DNA from: Myxococcota bacterium
GTDB lineage: Bacteria; Myxococcota_A; UBA9160; UBA6930
Reading direction: 5' to 3'
Length of the DNA stretch: 64,000 nt
Assembly (NCBI GenBank): GCA_965223415.1
Contig: OZ245002.1
Span: 64,001 to 128,000 of the forward strand
Made by a program: the position numbers and the translations under genes. Under the pieces are notes generated by a model. The model made no database searches. It was not told where the DNA came from and worked only from the letters and a program-made list of their open reading frames with translations. Positions 1-8,995 of the stretch are shown here, one piece after another (the first letter of the stretch is position 1; every line of letters starts with the position of its first letter).

Positions 1-2
1 AC

Positions 3-962
3 TTCGTCGAGATCGCCCAGGAGGCGGAGCAGCTCGGCTACGACATCGTGTTCACGGCCGAGGCCTGGGGCTCGGACGCCTTCACGCCGCTCACCTGGAT
101 CGCCGCCCACACCGAGCGCATCCGGCTCGGGACGGCCGTGGTCCAGCTCTCGGCTCGCACGCCGACGGCCACCGCCATGCACGCCCTGACCCTCGACCAC
201 CTCTCGAAGGGCCGGGTCGTGCTCGGCCTGGGCGTCTCGGGCCCCCAGGTCGTGGAGGGCTGGTACGGCCAGCCGTTCTCGAAGCCGCTCTCGCGAACCC
301 GCGAGTACGTCGACATCATCCGGCAGGTGCTGCGGCGCGAGGCGCCGGTGCAGAACGCCGGCCCCCACTACCCCCTGCCCTACACGGGCCACGGCGCCTG
401 GGGCATGGGCAAGCCGCTCAAGCCGATCACCCATCCACTGCGCGCCGACGTGCCGATCTTCCTCGGCGCCGAAGGCCCGAAGAACGTCGCCCTCGCCGCC
501 GAGATCTGTCAGGGCTGGCTGCCGCTCTACTACTCACCCTACCGGCAGGAGGTGTACGCGGACTCGCTCAAGGACGCGCCGGAGGGCTTCGAGATCTGCG
601 CCGGCGTGAGCGTCAACGTCACCGACGACGTGAAGACAGCGCTGATGCCCATGAAGGCGACGATCGGCTTCTACATCGGCGGCATGGGCTCCAAGAAGCG
701 CAACTTCCACAAGGAGCTGATGGCCCGGATGGGCTTCGAGGCGGAGGCGGAGAAGATCCAGGAGCTCTTCTTCGCGGGGAAGCGCGAGGAAGCGGTCCAG
801 CTGGTGCCGGACGAGTTCTGCGACGAGATCTCGCTGGTCGGCCCGCCGGAGCGGATCAAGGACCGGCTCGCGGCCTGGCGAGACACCCCGGTGACCCACC
901 TGCTCTTCATGTCGAGCGACCCGACTCAGATCCGGACCGTGGCGGAGCTCGTCCTCGGGTAG
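3..962 (+). CDS. LLM-class (luciferase-like) oxidoreductase, probably F420-dependent; 5'-partial
   Basis: Frame open from the window edge (FVEIAQEAEQLGYDIVFTAEAWGSD); LLM motifs RIRLGTAV, LGLGVSGPQVVEGWYG, GAEGPKN. Confidence 0.85.
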   Translation, partial: FVEIAQEAEQLGYDIVFTAEAWGSDAFTPLTWIAAHTERIRLGTAVVQLSARTPTATAMHALTLDHLSKGRVVLGLGVSGPQVVEGWYGQPFSKPLSRTREYVDIIRQVLRREAPVQNAGPHYPLPYTGHGAWGMGKPLKPITHPLRADVPIFLGAEGPKNVALAAEICQGWLPLYYSPYRQEVYADSLKDAPEGFEICAGVSVNVTDDVKTALMPMKATIGFYIGGMGSKKRNFHKELMARMGFEAEAEKIQELFFAGKREEAVQLVPDEFCDEISLVGPPERIKDRLAAWRDTPVTHLLFMSSDPTQIRTVAELVLG

Positions 963-991
963 AGTCCTCCCGGAACTGCTATCAAGGCTCC

Positions 992-2080
992 ATGCCGCCC
1001 CCCGAGGACAAGAGCGCCCCGGCCTACGCGCGCGCCGGGGTCGATCTCGACAAGGACGAAGGCTTCATCGACGAGATCAAGGAGATCTCGCGCAGCACCT
1101 TCCGGCCCGAGATCCTCTCCTCCATCGGCGGTTTCGCCGGGCTCTTCAAGGCCCCGGAGCGCTACCACTCGCCGGTCTTCGTGGCCGGTGCCGACGGCGT
1201 CGGCACCAAGCTGAAGCTGGCCGCGCTGATGGGACGCTACGACACCATTGGCATCGACTGCGTGGCCATGGTGGTGAACGACCTGGTCGTCCAGGGCGCC
1301 GAGCCGTTGGTCTTCCTGGACTACCTCGCCATGGGCGAGCTCGAAGAGGAGATCGCGGCCGAGGCGCTGCGCGGCGTCGCCGAGGGCTGCCGGCGGGCGG
1401 GCTGTGCCCTGCTCGGCGGCGAGACGGCCAGCATGCCGGGCTTCTACCCGAAGAGCGAGCTCGAGCTGGTGGGCTTCGGCGTGGGCGTCGTGGAGCGGGA
1501 CCGCATCATCGACGGCTCCAGCATCGGCGTCGGCGACGTACTGATCGGCCTGGCCTCGAACGGCGTCCACTCGAACGGGTTCTCCCTGGTGCGGCGGATC
1601 GTGGACGAGGGCGTGGCAGCCGGGAAGTTCGACCTGCGGGAGGCGCCGCCGGAGCTCAATACCTCCCTCGCCGCCGCGTTGCTCGCCCCGACCCGCATCT
1701 ACGTGAAGCCGGTCCTGAACCTGCTACGGGATTTCACGCTCCACGGCATCGTCCACGTCACCGGCGGTGGCTTCGACGGCAACGTGCCGCGCATCCTGCC
1801 CGGCGGCGTGCGGGCGCGCATCGACCTCTCGAGCTGGCCCCGGCCGGCCCTCTTCGACTTCCTGGCCCGCCACGGCGAGATCTCCGAGGACGAGATGCGC
1901 CGCGTGTTCAATTGCGGCCTGGGCATGATCCTGATCGCCCGGCGCGACGACGCCGAGGACATCGTCGACCGGCTGGGCGGGATGGGCGAGCGGGCCTACC
2001 GCATCGGCCACGTCGAGCGGAAGGACGACGACGACCCGCCCCTCCTCTTCGAGGGGGGCGATCCCGGCCCCGCGGGCTGA
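992..2080 (+). CDS. purM: Phosphoribosylformylglycinamidine cyclo-ligase (AIR synthetase)
   Basis: YARAGVD, GGFAGLF, DGVGTK, GIDCVAM, GGETASMP, HSNGFSLVR, HVTGGG, FNCGLGM. Confidence 0.97.
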   Translation: MPPPEDKSAPAYARAGVDLDKDEGFIDEIKEISRSTFRPEILSSIGGFAGLFKAPERYHSPVFVAGADGVGTKLKLAALMGRYDTIGIDCVAMVVNDLVVQGAEPLVFLDYLAMGELEEEIAAEALRGVAEGCRRAGCALLGGETASMPGFYPKSELELVGFGVGVVERDRIIDGSSIGVGDVLIGLASNGVHSNGFSLVRRIVDEGVAAGKFDLREAPPELNTSLAAALLAPTRIYVKPVLNLLRDFTLHGIVHVTGGGFDGNVPRILPGGVRARIDLSSWPRPALFDFLARHGEISEDEMRRVFNCGLGMILIARRDDAEDIVDRLGGMGERAYRIGHVERKDDDDPPLLFEGGDPGPAG

Positions 2081-2111
2081 TGGCGCCGGCGGAAGACGGA
2101 GCCCTGCCGTA

Positions 2112-3494
2112 GTGGCGCGCGAGCGGCTGGGAAGCGGCGGCGCCCTGCGCTCCCGCCGCTGGGACGTGCTCGTCCTGGGCAGTGCCCTGCCCGGCCTCGC
2201 GGCGGCCATCCGCCTGGGCATGGCGGGGCACCGGGTGCTGATCGCCGAGGAGGACACGACGGCGGGCGCCCCGCTCTTCCTGCGCGAGCCCTTCGCCCTG
2301 CCCGGCGTGCTGGGCGGCGGCGTGCTCGACCCGGCGCTCCAGGCCCTCGGCATCCCCCCGATCGAGCGGCGGCGCTTCGAGGCCCGTGACGTCGCCTATC
2401 AAGTGCTGCTGCCCGAGGCCCGCCTCGACGTGGGCGATCGCGACCTGACCGCGGACGAGCTGGTGGCCTGGGGCCTGCTCAAGCCCGACGACGCCCGGGC
2501 CCTGACCCACGATCTCGAGCAGGGCGCCTCCGCCCTCGCCGAGGCCCTGGTCGGAGCGGCCATCGTGAAACGCGGCGTTCGGCTGCCGAGCTTCCCGGCC
2601 GACGGAGGAGGCGCCGCCCTCCCCGCCCTGGTGAGCCAGGCCGAGGGGGCCCTCGCCGAGAGCTTCGCGCTGCAGGCCGCGGGGCTGGCCGAGCTGGCGA
2701 CGGGCGAGCCGAGCCCGCTCGCCCGGCTGCGCCTGCTGGGCGCGCCCCTGGCGGGCCGCACCGGCTACCCGAGCGGCGAGGGCGGCCTGCTCGCCGCCCT
2801 CCGCAAGCGGCTCGAGAGCCTCCACGCGGAGTTCCGCACCATCGGCTGCCCCTTCGAGTTCGTGGAGCTGGGCCATCACCCGGGCATCCTGCGGGCGGGA
2901 CCGGGCGACGTGTGGCTGGGGCGGGCGCTGGTCGTGAACGCCGTCGGCCCCCAGCTCTCCGCAGCCTTGCGGGCGTGGGACAAGCCGGTGCCCGGCTTCC
3001 TCACGGGCGAGCCTCCGGCCACCCGGCGCTTCGCCCTTCACCTCCGGGCCCTGCGCGAGGTGGTGCCCGAGCCCCTGGCGCCGCGGGCGCTCCTCCCGCC
3101 GCCGGCGGACGGGCCCTTCGTCGGACCGATCCGCCTGTGCGTCCACCCCTCGTCTCGCGGCAACCGCTTCGCGGAGCTCGTGGCCTCGGCCTGCCTTCCG
3201 GTGGACGCGGACCCGGACGAGGCGGCGGCGGCGATGGAAGCCCGGGTGCGGGCGCTCATGCCGTTCTCGGAGCGGAGGCTCAAGGCCGGACCGCCGGGCC
3301 CGATCCCGCGCTGGGACGATCCCTCGAGCCGGCCCGAGCCCCGCGGCGGCTGGCCTGCCCCCGTGGACGTGCGCGCGCGAACCCGGGAGCCCGTCTACAC
3401 GCTGCCACGGGAGGAGGTGGCGGCCCTGGGGCTGGAGGGGGAGCTCCTGCTCGGCTGGCGGGCGGGCGACGCGATCCGGGAGGAGCTCGGCTAG
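2112..3494 (+). CDS. FAD/NAD(P)-binding oxidoreductase-like protein (phytoene desaturase-like fold, degenerate Rossmann motif)
   Basis: N-terminal DVLVLGSALPGLAAAIRLGMAGHRVLIAEE dinucleotide-binding unit; internal YPSGEGGL segment. Confidence 0.55.
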   Translation: MARERLGSGGALRSRRWDVLVLGSALPGLAAAIRLGMAGHRVLIAEEDTTAGAPLFLREPFALPGVLGGGVLDPALQALGIPPIERRRFEARDVAYQVLLPEARLDVGDRDLTADELVAWGLLKPDDARALTHDLEQGASALAEALVGAAIVKRGVRLPSFPADGGGAALPALVSQAEGALAESFALQAAGLAELATGEPSPLARLRLLGAPLAGRTGYPSGEGGLLAALRKRLESLHAEFRTIGCPFEFVELGHHPGILRAGPGDVWLGRALVVNAVGPQLSAALRAWDKPVPGFLTGEPPATRRFALHLRALREVVPEPLAPRALLPPPADGPFVGPIRLCVHPSSRGNRFAELVASACLPVDADPDEAAAAMEARVRALMPFSERRLKAGPPGPIPRWDDPSSRPEPRGGWPAPVDVRARTREPVYTLPREEVAALGLEGELLLGWRAGDAIREELG

Positions 3495-3565
3495 CCCGAG
3501 CCCCGGAGCCCGTTCGCCGGGAGCCAAGCGAGCGCCTACCCTTGGCGGGCCCCCCGGAGGAACCG

Positions 3566-5569
3566 TTGACCGAGCCTTCCCCCATGCCCGGGGAGGACGC
3601 CGGAGCCGCGGCGCCCGGGTCGCTCTCTTCGTTCTGGCGCCTGGTCGCCTACGTCCGGCCCTACCTGGCCCTGATGCTGCTGGCCGTGCTGGCAGCGCTC
3701 CTCTACTCCGGGGCCCGGACCGGGCGCGCGCTCCTCGTCCAGCCGCTCTTCGACGACGTGATCCTGCCCCAGGCCGCGGCGGATGCGACGCCGGGCCTGG
3801 GCGACTGGTTCCACTCCGCGTTGCGGGATGGCGACGAAGCCGCGGCGCCCCCCGCGGCCGGAGAGCGCGAGGCCGCGGCCGGAGAGCCCGAGCCGGAGAC
3901 CGCGGCCGGAGAGCCCGAGCCGGAGACCGCGGCCGGCGAGCCCGAGCCGGAGGCCGTGGTCGCCCAGGTGAAGCAGTCGTTGCCGCGCATCCTGCTGGCC
4001 GCGCTCCTCATCCTCACCCTGCTTCCGGTCTCCCACTTCTTCCAGGTGTACCTGGCCGAGACCGTGCTGGGTCGTGTGCTGGTGGACGTGCAGCGGGACC
4101 TGTGCGCGAAGTTGCTGCGGCTCCCCCTGCGCTTCCACCACGGGGCGAGCCGCGGCGACACCCTCTCCCGGGTGATGAACGACGCCCAGCGCGCCCAGCA
4201 ATCCCTCGACCTGCTGTTCTCCGACGTCGTACAGAGCGTGCTCGCCCTGGCGGTGGGCGTGGCCACCCTCCTCTACCTGTCGGCCCCGCTCACCCTCACG
4301 TTGGTGGCGATCGCGCCGCCGGTGGCGGGGGCCATCGCGCTGTTCGGCCGCCGGATCCGCAAGAGCGCGCGGCGCCGGCAGGAGAGTCAGGCGAGCGTGA
4401 CCGAGCGGCTCGTACAGATCCTGGCGGGCATCAAGGTGATCAAGGCCTTCCGCGCCGAGAGCGGCGAAGAGCGCGCCTTCGACGAGCACAACCTCCGCTT
4501 CTTCCGCCGCAACCTCAAGGTGGTGAAGAACCGTGCGCTCTCCCGGGCGGTGGTCGAGGCCATCACGAACGCCGCGGGCGTCGGCGTGCTGCTGCTGGGG
4601 GTCGCCGTCGTCGCCGGCCAGCTCTGGGGGCTCACGGTGGGCTCGCTCATGGCCTTCGTCGTCGTGATGCAGACGACCTACCGGCCCATGAAGGAGATCA
4701 CCAAGGGCTGGACGAAGCTCCAGGAGGCGATGCCCTCCGCCGAGCGCTTCTTCCAGCTCCTGGACACGGCGGGCGAGCCGCCGGACCCGGCCGACGCAGT
4801 GCGGCCGCCGGGCCTGCGCGAGGGCATCCGCTTCGCGGGCGTCTCCTTCTCCTACGGGCGGGAGCCGGTCCTCCAGGACGTCTCCCTCGACGTGGCCCGG
4901 GGCGAAGTGGTGGCGATCGTGGGCCCCACTGGCGCCGGCAAGACGACCCTGGCCGACCTCCTGCTCCGCTTCTACGACCCGGACGCGGGCCGCATCGAGG
5001 TGGACGGCGTCGACCTCCGCCGGGTGGCCCGCAGCGCCTGGCTCGACCACTGCGCGGTCGTCACCCAGGAGCCCTTCCTGTTCACCGGCACGATCCGCGA
5101 CAACATCCGCTACGGGCGCCCAGAGGCGGACGAGGAGGCGATCCTGGCCGCTGCCCGGGCCGCCCACGTGGACGAATTCGTGGCCGAGCTGCCGGAGGGC
5201 TACGACACGGACGTGGGGGACGCCGGCGTGCGGCTCTCCGGCGGCCAGCGCCAGCGCATCACGATCGCCCGAGCGATCCTGAACGACCCGGAGGTCCTGA
5301 TCTTCGACGAGGCCACCAGCTCGCTGGACGCCAAGAGCGAGCGCTACGTGCAGGAGGCCATCGAGTCCCTGCTAGGCGGCCGCACCGTCTTCATCATCGC
5401 CCACCGTCTCTCCACGGTTCGCCACGCCGACAAGATCCTGGTGCTCGAGCGGGGCAAGGTCGCCGACCTGGGCCCCCACGACGAGCTGATGGCCCGCGGC
5501 GGCCTCTACCGGGAGCTGATGGCCCTCCAGGGGGAGGCGGGAGACGAGACCTCCCCCATTTCGGGGTGA
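3566..5569 (+). CDS. msbA: MsbA-like ABC exporter (fused permease and ATPase), candidate lipid A-core flippase
   Basis: TTG at 3566 after SD GGAGG (3556-3560), alternative ATG 3584; hydrophobic N-terminal half; Walker A GPTGAGKT, signature LSGGQRQR, Walker B LIFDEATSSLD, IAHRLST; LPS context. Confidence 0.75.
   Translation: MTEPSPMPGEDAGAAAPGSLSSFWRLVAYVRPYLALMLLAVLAALLYSGARTGRALLVQPLFDDVILPQAAADATPGLGDWFHSALRDGDEAAAPPAAGEREAAAGEPEPETAAGEPEPETAAGEPEPEAVVAQVKQSLPRILLAALLILTLLPVSHFFQVYLAETVLGRVLVDVQRDLCAKLLRLPLRFHHGASRGDTLSRVMNDAQRAQQSLDLLFSDVVQSVLALAVGVATLLYLSAPLTLTLVAIAPPVAGAIALFGRRIRKSARRRQESQASVTERLVQILAGIKVIKAFRAESGEERAFDEHNLRFFRRNLKVVKNRALSRAVVEAITNAAGVGVLLLGVAVVAGQLWGLTVGSLMAFVVVMQTTYRPMKEITKGWTKLQEAMPSAERFFQLLDTAGEPPDPADAVRPPGLREGIRFAGVSFSYGREPVLQDVSLDVARGEVVAIVGPTGAGKTTLADLLLRFYDPDAGRIEVDGVDLRRVARSAWLDHCAVVTQEPFLFTGTIRDNIRYGRPEADEEAILAAARAAHVDEFVAELPEGYDTDVGDAGVRLSGGQRQRITIARAILNDPEVLIFDEATSSLDAKSERYVQEAIESLLGGRTVFIIAHRLSTVRHADKILVLERGKVADLGPHDELMARGGLYRELMALQGEAGDETSPISG
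3852..3953 (+). repeat. In-frame 27-bp tandem repeat (3 copies plus a shorter degenerate copy) encoding AAGEPEPET
   Basis: Unit ccgcggccggagagcccgagccggaga at 3873 and 3900, variant at 3927; 21-bp variant at 3852. Confidence 0.9.
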
Positions 5570-5616
5570 CACGTCGACGCTCGCCGGGTTAGAATCAACC
5601 CGTTCTTTGCTGGAGC

Positions 5617-6006
5617 ATGCTGATGCGGACCGCGCGACCCTTCCGCCTTCTCCACCTGCTCGCGGCGGCGGGCCTGCTGCTGGTGGCGACACCGGGCCTG
5701 GCGAGCTCGATCGTCGTCTGGCTGCCGAGCGGCGAGTCTGCTCGCGTTTCGGTCGTCTCCTGGGACGACGTGGAGGCGATCGCCGCGGGCTCCATCCAGG
5801 CGCCCGTCGGCGGCTTCGTGATCTCGACCATCCCCGGGCGCGCCCAGCAGCTCTTCGAGCTGCTGCCGGCCAGCCCCGGAACCACGCGGATCCAGGTGGT
5901 GAGCCGGGGCGCGGTGCAGCCGGCCATCCCGGAGCCAGCCGGGTTCGCGGCCTTCGCCATGGGGCTCCTGGTCCTCCGAGCGGCGGTCCGCAAGCGAGCC
6001 GTCTAG
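5617..6006 (+). CDS. Small secreted protein with PEP-CTERM-like sorting signal
   Basis: Signal peptide (RLLHLLAAAGLLLVATPGLA); C-terminal IPEP, hydrophobic helix, basic tail RKRAV; SD GGAG and TAGAAT -10 at 5590-5595. Confidence 0.7.
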   Translation: MLMRTARPFRLLHLLAAAGLLLVATPGLASSIVVWLPSGESARVSVVSWDDVEAIAAGSIQAPVGGFVISTIPGRAQQLFELLPASPGTTRIQVVSRGAVQPAIPEPAGFAAFAMGLLVLRAAVRKRAV

Positions 6007-7055
6007 GGGGCCCCCGCCGGCTCCACGGTCAGGGGCAGGCAATGGACGCCCTCCTCGGCCTCGAGGCGGCGGGCCAGCGCGTCCCGCGCCTGCTCGCTGC
6101 GCGCCAGGATCTGGGCGGCGCCATCGCCCTGGGATCCGACCCCCTTGGCGCCGTGGGCAAGCTCGGCGACGGCCGGATGATCGAGGACCTCGTGCAAGCG
6201 CGGGGAGCGGAGCTCTTCACTGGCCGGCGCCACGGCCTCGTCGAACAGGGCCTGGGCCTCGTCGAGAAGCGCTCCCAGGGTGGGGGCGTCTCCGGCCTCC
6301 ACGGCCGCCCGGGCCCGCTGGACGATCCCCCGGTTGGCCTCGCCCAGGCCGTGGCGCACGCGGCTCGCCAGGGCCCCGGTCGCATCGGGGAAGCAGGCGT
6401 TCAGGTCGGCGAGGATGCGGCGGGTGTCCTTCCCGCGCCGCAGGTCGACCACCAGGAAGTGGAGCTCGGCTCCGGGCTCGACGATCTCGACTTCCAGCTC
6501 GTCGCCGTCGAAGGCGACGGAGGTGACCCGTCGCCCGAAGGCGCACACCTGGTCCATGCGCCCGCACTCGCTGCCGGTGCGCCGCTCGCCCGCGTAGGCC
6601 ACGTCCATCTCCGCCGCGACGTCGAGCCCCAGCTCGTAGGCCTGGGAGTAGGCCCGGGCGACCAGCACGCAGACGGCAGCCGAGGACGAGAGGCCCTTGC
6701 GCACCGGCAGGTCCGAGCTCGTCCGAAGCCGGAGGCCGCCGACCTGGAAGCGCTCCACCATTTCCGCGGCGGCCCCCGCGGCATAGCTGAAGAAATCGGC
6801 GCCGGCCGCGGCGTGCGCGAGCGACGCGGGTGTGGCCTGGATGCGGGCCGGCCCGACCTCCTCGCCGTGGGGCAGCACGCTCTCGATCTCGAGGGCGCCG
6901 GCGATGGGCTCGGCCTCGGCCCGGAGCCCCTGGTCGGTGCCGGCGACCAGGCAGAGCCCCGGCGCGATGTCCGGGTGGCTGCGCCGGTAGCCGGCCGCCC
7001 AGTCCGAGTGCTCTCCCATCAGGCACAGACGCCCGGGCACGAAGAGCTCCTTCAA
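6003..7055 (-). CDS. GHMP-family sugar kinase (galactokinase/mevalonate kinase-like)
   Basis: TTG start overlapping the upstream TGA; motifs PGRLCLMGEHSD, LPVRKGLSSSAA, CGRMDQ, GAKGVGSQGDG. Confidence 0.85.
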   Translation of the reverse strand: MKELFVPGRLCLMGEHSDWAAGYRRSHPDIAPGLCLVAGTDQGLRAEAEPIAGALEIESVLPHGEEVGPARIQATPASLAHAAAGADFFSYAAGAAAEMVERFQVGGLRLRTSSDLPVRKGLSSSAAVCVLVARAYSQAYELGLDVAAEMDVAYAGERRTGSECGRMDQVCAFGRRVTSVAFDGDELEVEIVEPGAELHFLVVDLRRGKDTRRILADLNACFPDATGALASRVRHGLGEANRGIVQRARAAVEAGDAPTLGALLDEAQALFDEAVAPASEELRSPRLHEVLDHPAVAELAHGAKGVGSQGDGAAQILARSEQARDALARRLEAEEGVHCLPLTVEPAGAP

Positions 7056-8182
7056 CGCACGGCCTCGGCGTAGAGCGCCTCCACCTCCTCCGCCAGGCGG
7101 GCAGGCGTGAAGCAGGCCTCGGCCCGTCGGCGGGCCTCGGTCCCGAACGCCCGGCGCGTCTCGTTGTCGCCGAGCAGTCGCTCCCAGGCCGCCGCCAGGG
7201 CGGCCGGCTCCTCGTCGGCGAGGAGCCCGGTCCGTCCGTCCTGGACGATCTCCGGCAACGCCCCCCTCCGGCTGGTGACGGCCGGGATGCCGCAGGCCGC
7301 CGCCTCGAGGAGCGCCCGGCAGGTGCCGTCGCTCCCGGGCACGAGGAAGGTGAAGAGGTCGATCGAGCGCAGCACCTGGGCATAGTCCTCGCGCCGGTAG
7401 CCGGCAAAAACCACCCGGTCGGCCAGGCCCAGGCGGCGTGCCGGCACCTCGGCGAGCTCTTCCCGGCGGGTCCCCCGGCCGATCACGAGGAGGCGAAAGG
7501 TCGGGTCGCGCTCCGCCAGCCGGGCCGCGGCTTCGAGGAGGAGATCGAAGCGGCGGTGGGGCTGGACCCGCGCGACGATGCCGACGACCCGGTCGTCCGC
7601 CGCTAGGCCGAGCGCGCGCCGGACCTCCGGATCCGGCGGGCTCGGGCGGAAGCGCTCCACGTCGACGGCGCCGAAGGCGCCGCGGGTGGGGCGGCCGCGA
7701 CGCAGCCCCTCGTTGGCGCGGGCGGTGGCCGGCGAAACGCACAGGAGGCCATCGGTGCGGGCACCGAAGAGCCAGCGGCTCCACGGGCGATCCGGAATGG
7801 GCTCGGCCAGGCGATAGGAGCGCACCACCGCCGGCCGGCCTTCCCGCCCCGGCGGGCCGGCTGCGCGAAGGGCGAGCACGTGGTCGCGGGTGTGCCAGCA
7901 GTGGACGAGCTCGATCTTCCGCTCGTCGATCTGGCGGCGCAGGGCGAGAACCGCGGGGCGATCGCCGAGCGGTCGCACCCCGCGCCCCCGGGGCACCTCG
8001 AGCACCGGAGGCAGACCGGCGGCCCGGGCCTCCTCCGCCACGCAGCGGTCGGCGCCTTCGGGCGCGGCGGGACACGCCAGCAGCAGCTCGTGGCCCCGGA
8101 AGCGCTGGCCCTCGGCCAGCCGCAGCATCGGCTCGGCCGGGCCGGTCCACTTCCAGTCGCTGGTGAGCTGGAGGATGCGCAC
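7052..8182 (-). CDS. Glycosyltransferase family 4
   Basis: GT-B layout; VVFAGYR, LLEAAACGIPAV, GALPEIVQDGRTG. Confidence 0.88.
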   Translation of the reverse strand: MRILQLTSDWKWTGPAEPMLRLAEGQRFRGHELLLACPAAPEGADRCVAEEARAAGLPPVLEVPRGRGVRPLGDRPAVLALRRQIDERKIELVHCWHTRDHVLALRAAGPPGREGRPAVVRSYRLAEPIPDRPWSRWLFGARTDGLLCVSPATARANEGLRRGRPTRGAFGAVDVERFRPSPPDPEVRRALGLAADDRVVGIVARVQPHRRFDLLLEAAARLAERDPTFRLLVIGRGTRREELAEVPARRLGLADRVVFAGYRREDYAQVLRSIDLFTFLVPGSDGTCRALLEAAACGIPAVTSRRGALPEIVQDGRTGLLADEEPAALAAAWERLLGDNETRRAFGTEARRRAEACFTPARLAEEVEALYAEAVR

Positions 8183-8185
8183 GAG

Positions 8186-8995
8186 CTAGGGCGCCCGTCC
8201 CGCCTTCCCGGAGTCCGGTGTGTCTTCGCCGGCGCCGAGCTCGTCGAGCTCCCACTGCTTGGCGTACTTCAGGAAGACGTGGAAGGCGGTCGCCGCGGCG
8301 ATGACGAAGCCCGCCACGCCGTCGCGCCAGCCCTGCTTCACGACGAACGCCCGCAGGAAGCGCGCCGGCGGGCGCAGGACCATGTCGCGCAGGGTGTGAC
8401 GCCGGCCCCGCTCCCGGTTGGCCCTCGCCTGGATGCCGCTGAAGTCCTGGATGCGGTCCACCTGGTCGGCCAGGTCGCGATAGCTGCGGTGCTCCGCCTC
8501 GCCCTGGAAGCGACCCGTCGCCCCAGCGCCGGGCGAGAGCTCCACGCGCCCGTGGGGGTTCACGCCGGCCCAACGCCCGGCGCCACGCCGGAGGAAGCGC
8601 AGCTGCCAATCCGGGAAGAACTCCCCGTGACGGATCCAGCGCCCCAGGTGCCAGGTGACCCGGTTCAGTTCCATGGCGGCGACGCCCTCGGGCGGCTGCG
8701 CCAGGAAGGCGCGCACCTCCGCCGCCAGGGGCTCGCCCAGGGACTCGTCCGCGTCGAGGGCCAGCACCCAGTCGCCGCGGGCCTGGTCGAGGGCGAAGTT
8801 CTTCTGCTCCACGTTCCCGTCGTAGGCGCGCACGAAGACCTCGGCGCCGGCCTCCCGGGCGAGCTTCTCCGTCGCGTCCCGGCTCCGGTCGTCCACCACC
8901 ACCACGACCTGGTCGGCGAAGGCGACGGAGACGAGGCAGCGCGGGAGGTCGCGCTCCTCGTTGCAGGCGATGATGCAGACGGAGAGCGAGCCCAC
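8186..8995 (-). CDS. Glycosyltransferase family 2 (WaaE/KdtX-like LPS core transferase)
   Basis: LSVCIIACNEE, QKNFAL, WVLALDADE, FPDWQLR, FHVFLKYAK. Confidence 0.88.
   Translation of the reverse strand: MGSLSVCIIACNEERDLPRCLVSVAFADQVVVVVDDRSRDATEKLAREAGAEVFVRAYDGNVEQKNFALDQARGDWVLALDADESLGEPLAAEVRAFLAQPPEGVAAMELNRVTWHLGRWIRHGEFFPDWQLRFLRRGAGRWAGVNPHGRVELSPGAGATGRFQGEAEHRSYRDLADQVDRIQDFSGIQARANRERGRRHTLRDMVLRPPARFLRAFVVKQGWRDGVAGFVIAAATAFHVFLKYAKQWELDELGAGEDTPDSGKAGRAP

Noticed and set aside
2912..3565. N-terminal extension of the ABC transporter ORF
   Set aside because: Overlaps the upstream gene in another frame; a TTG with a good SD exists at 3566.
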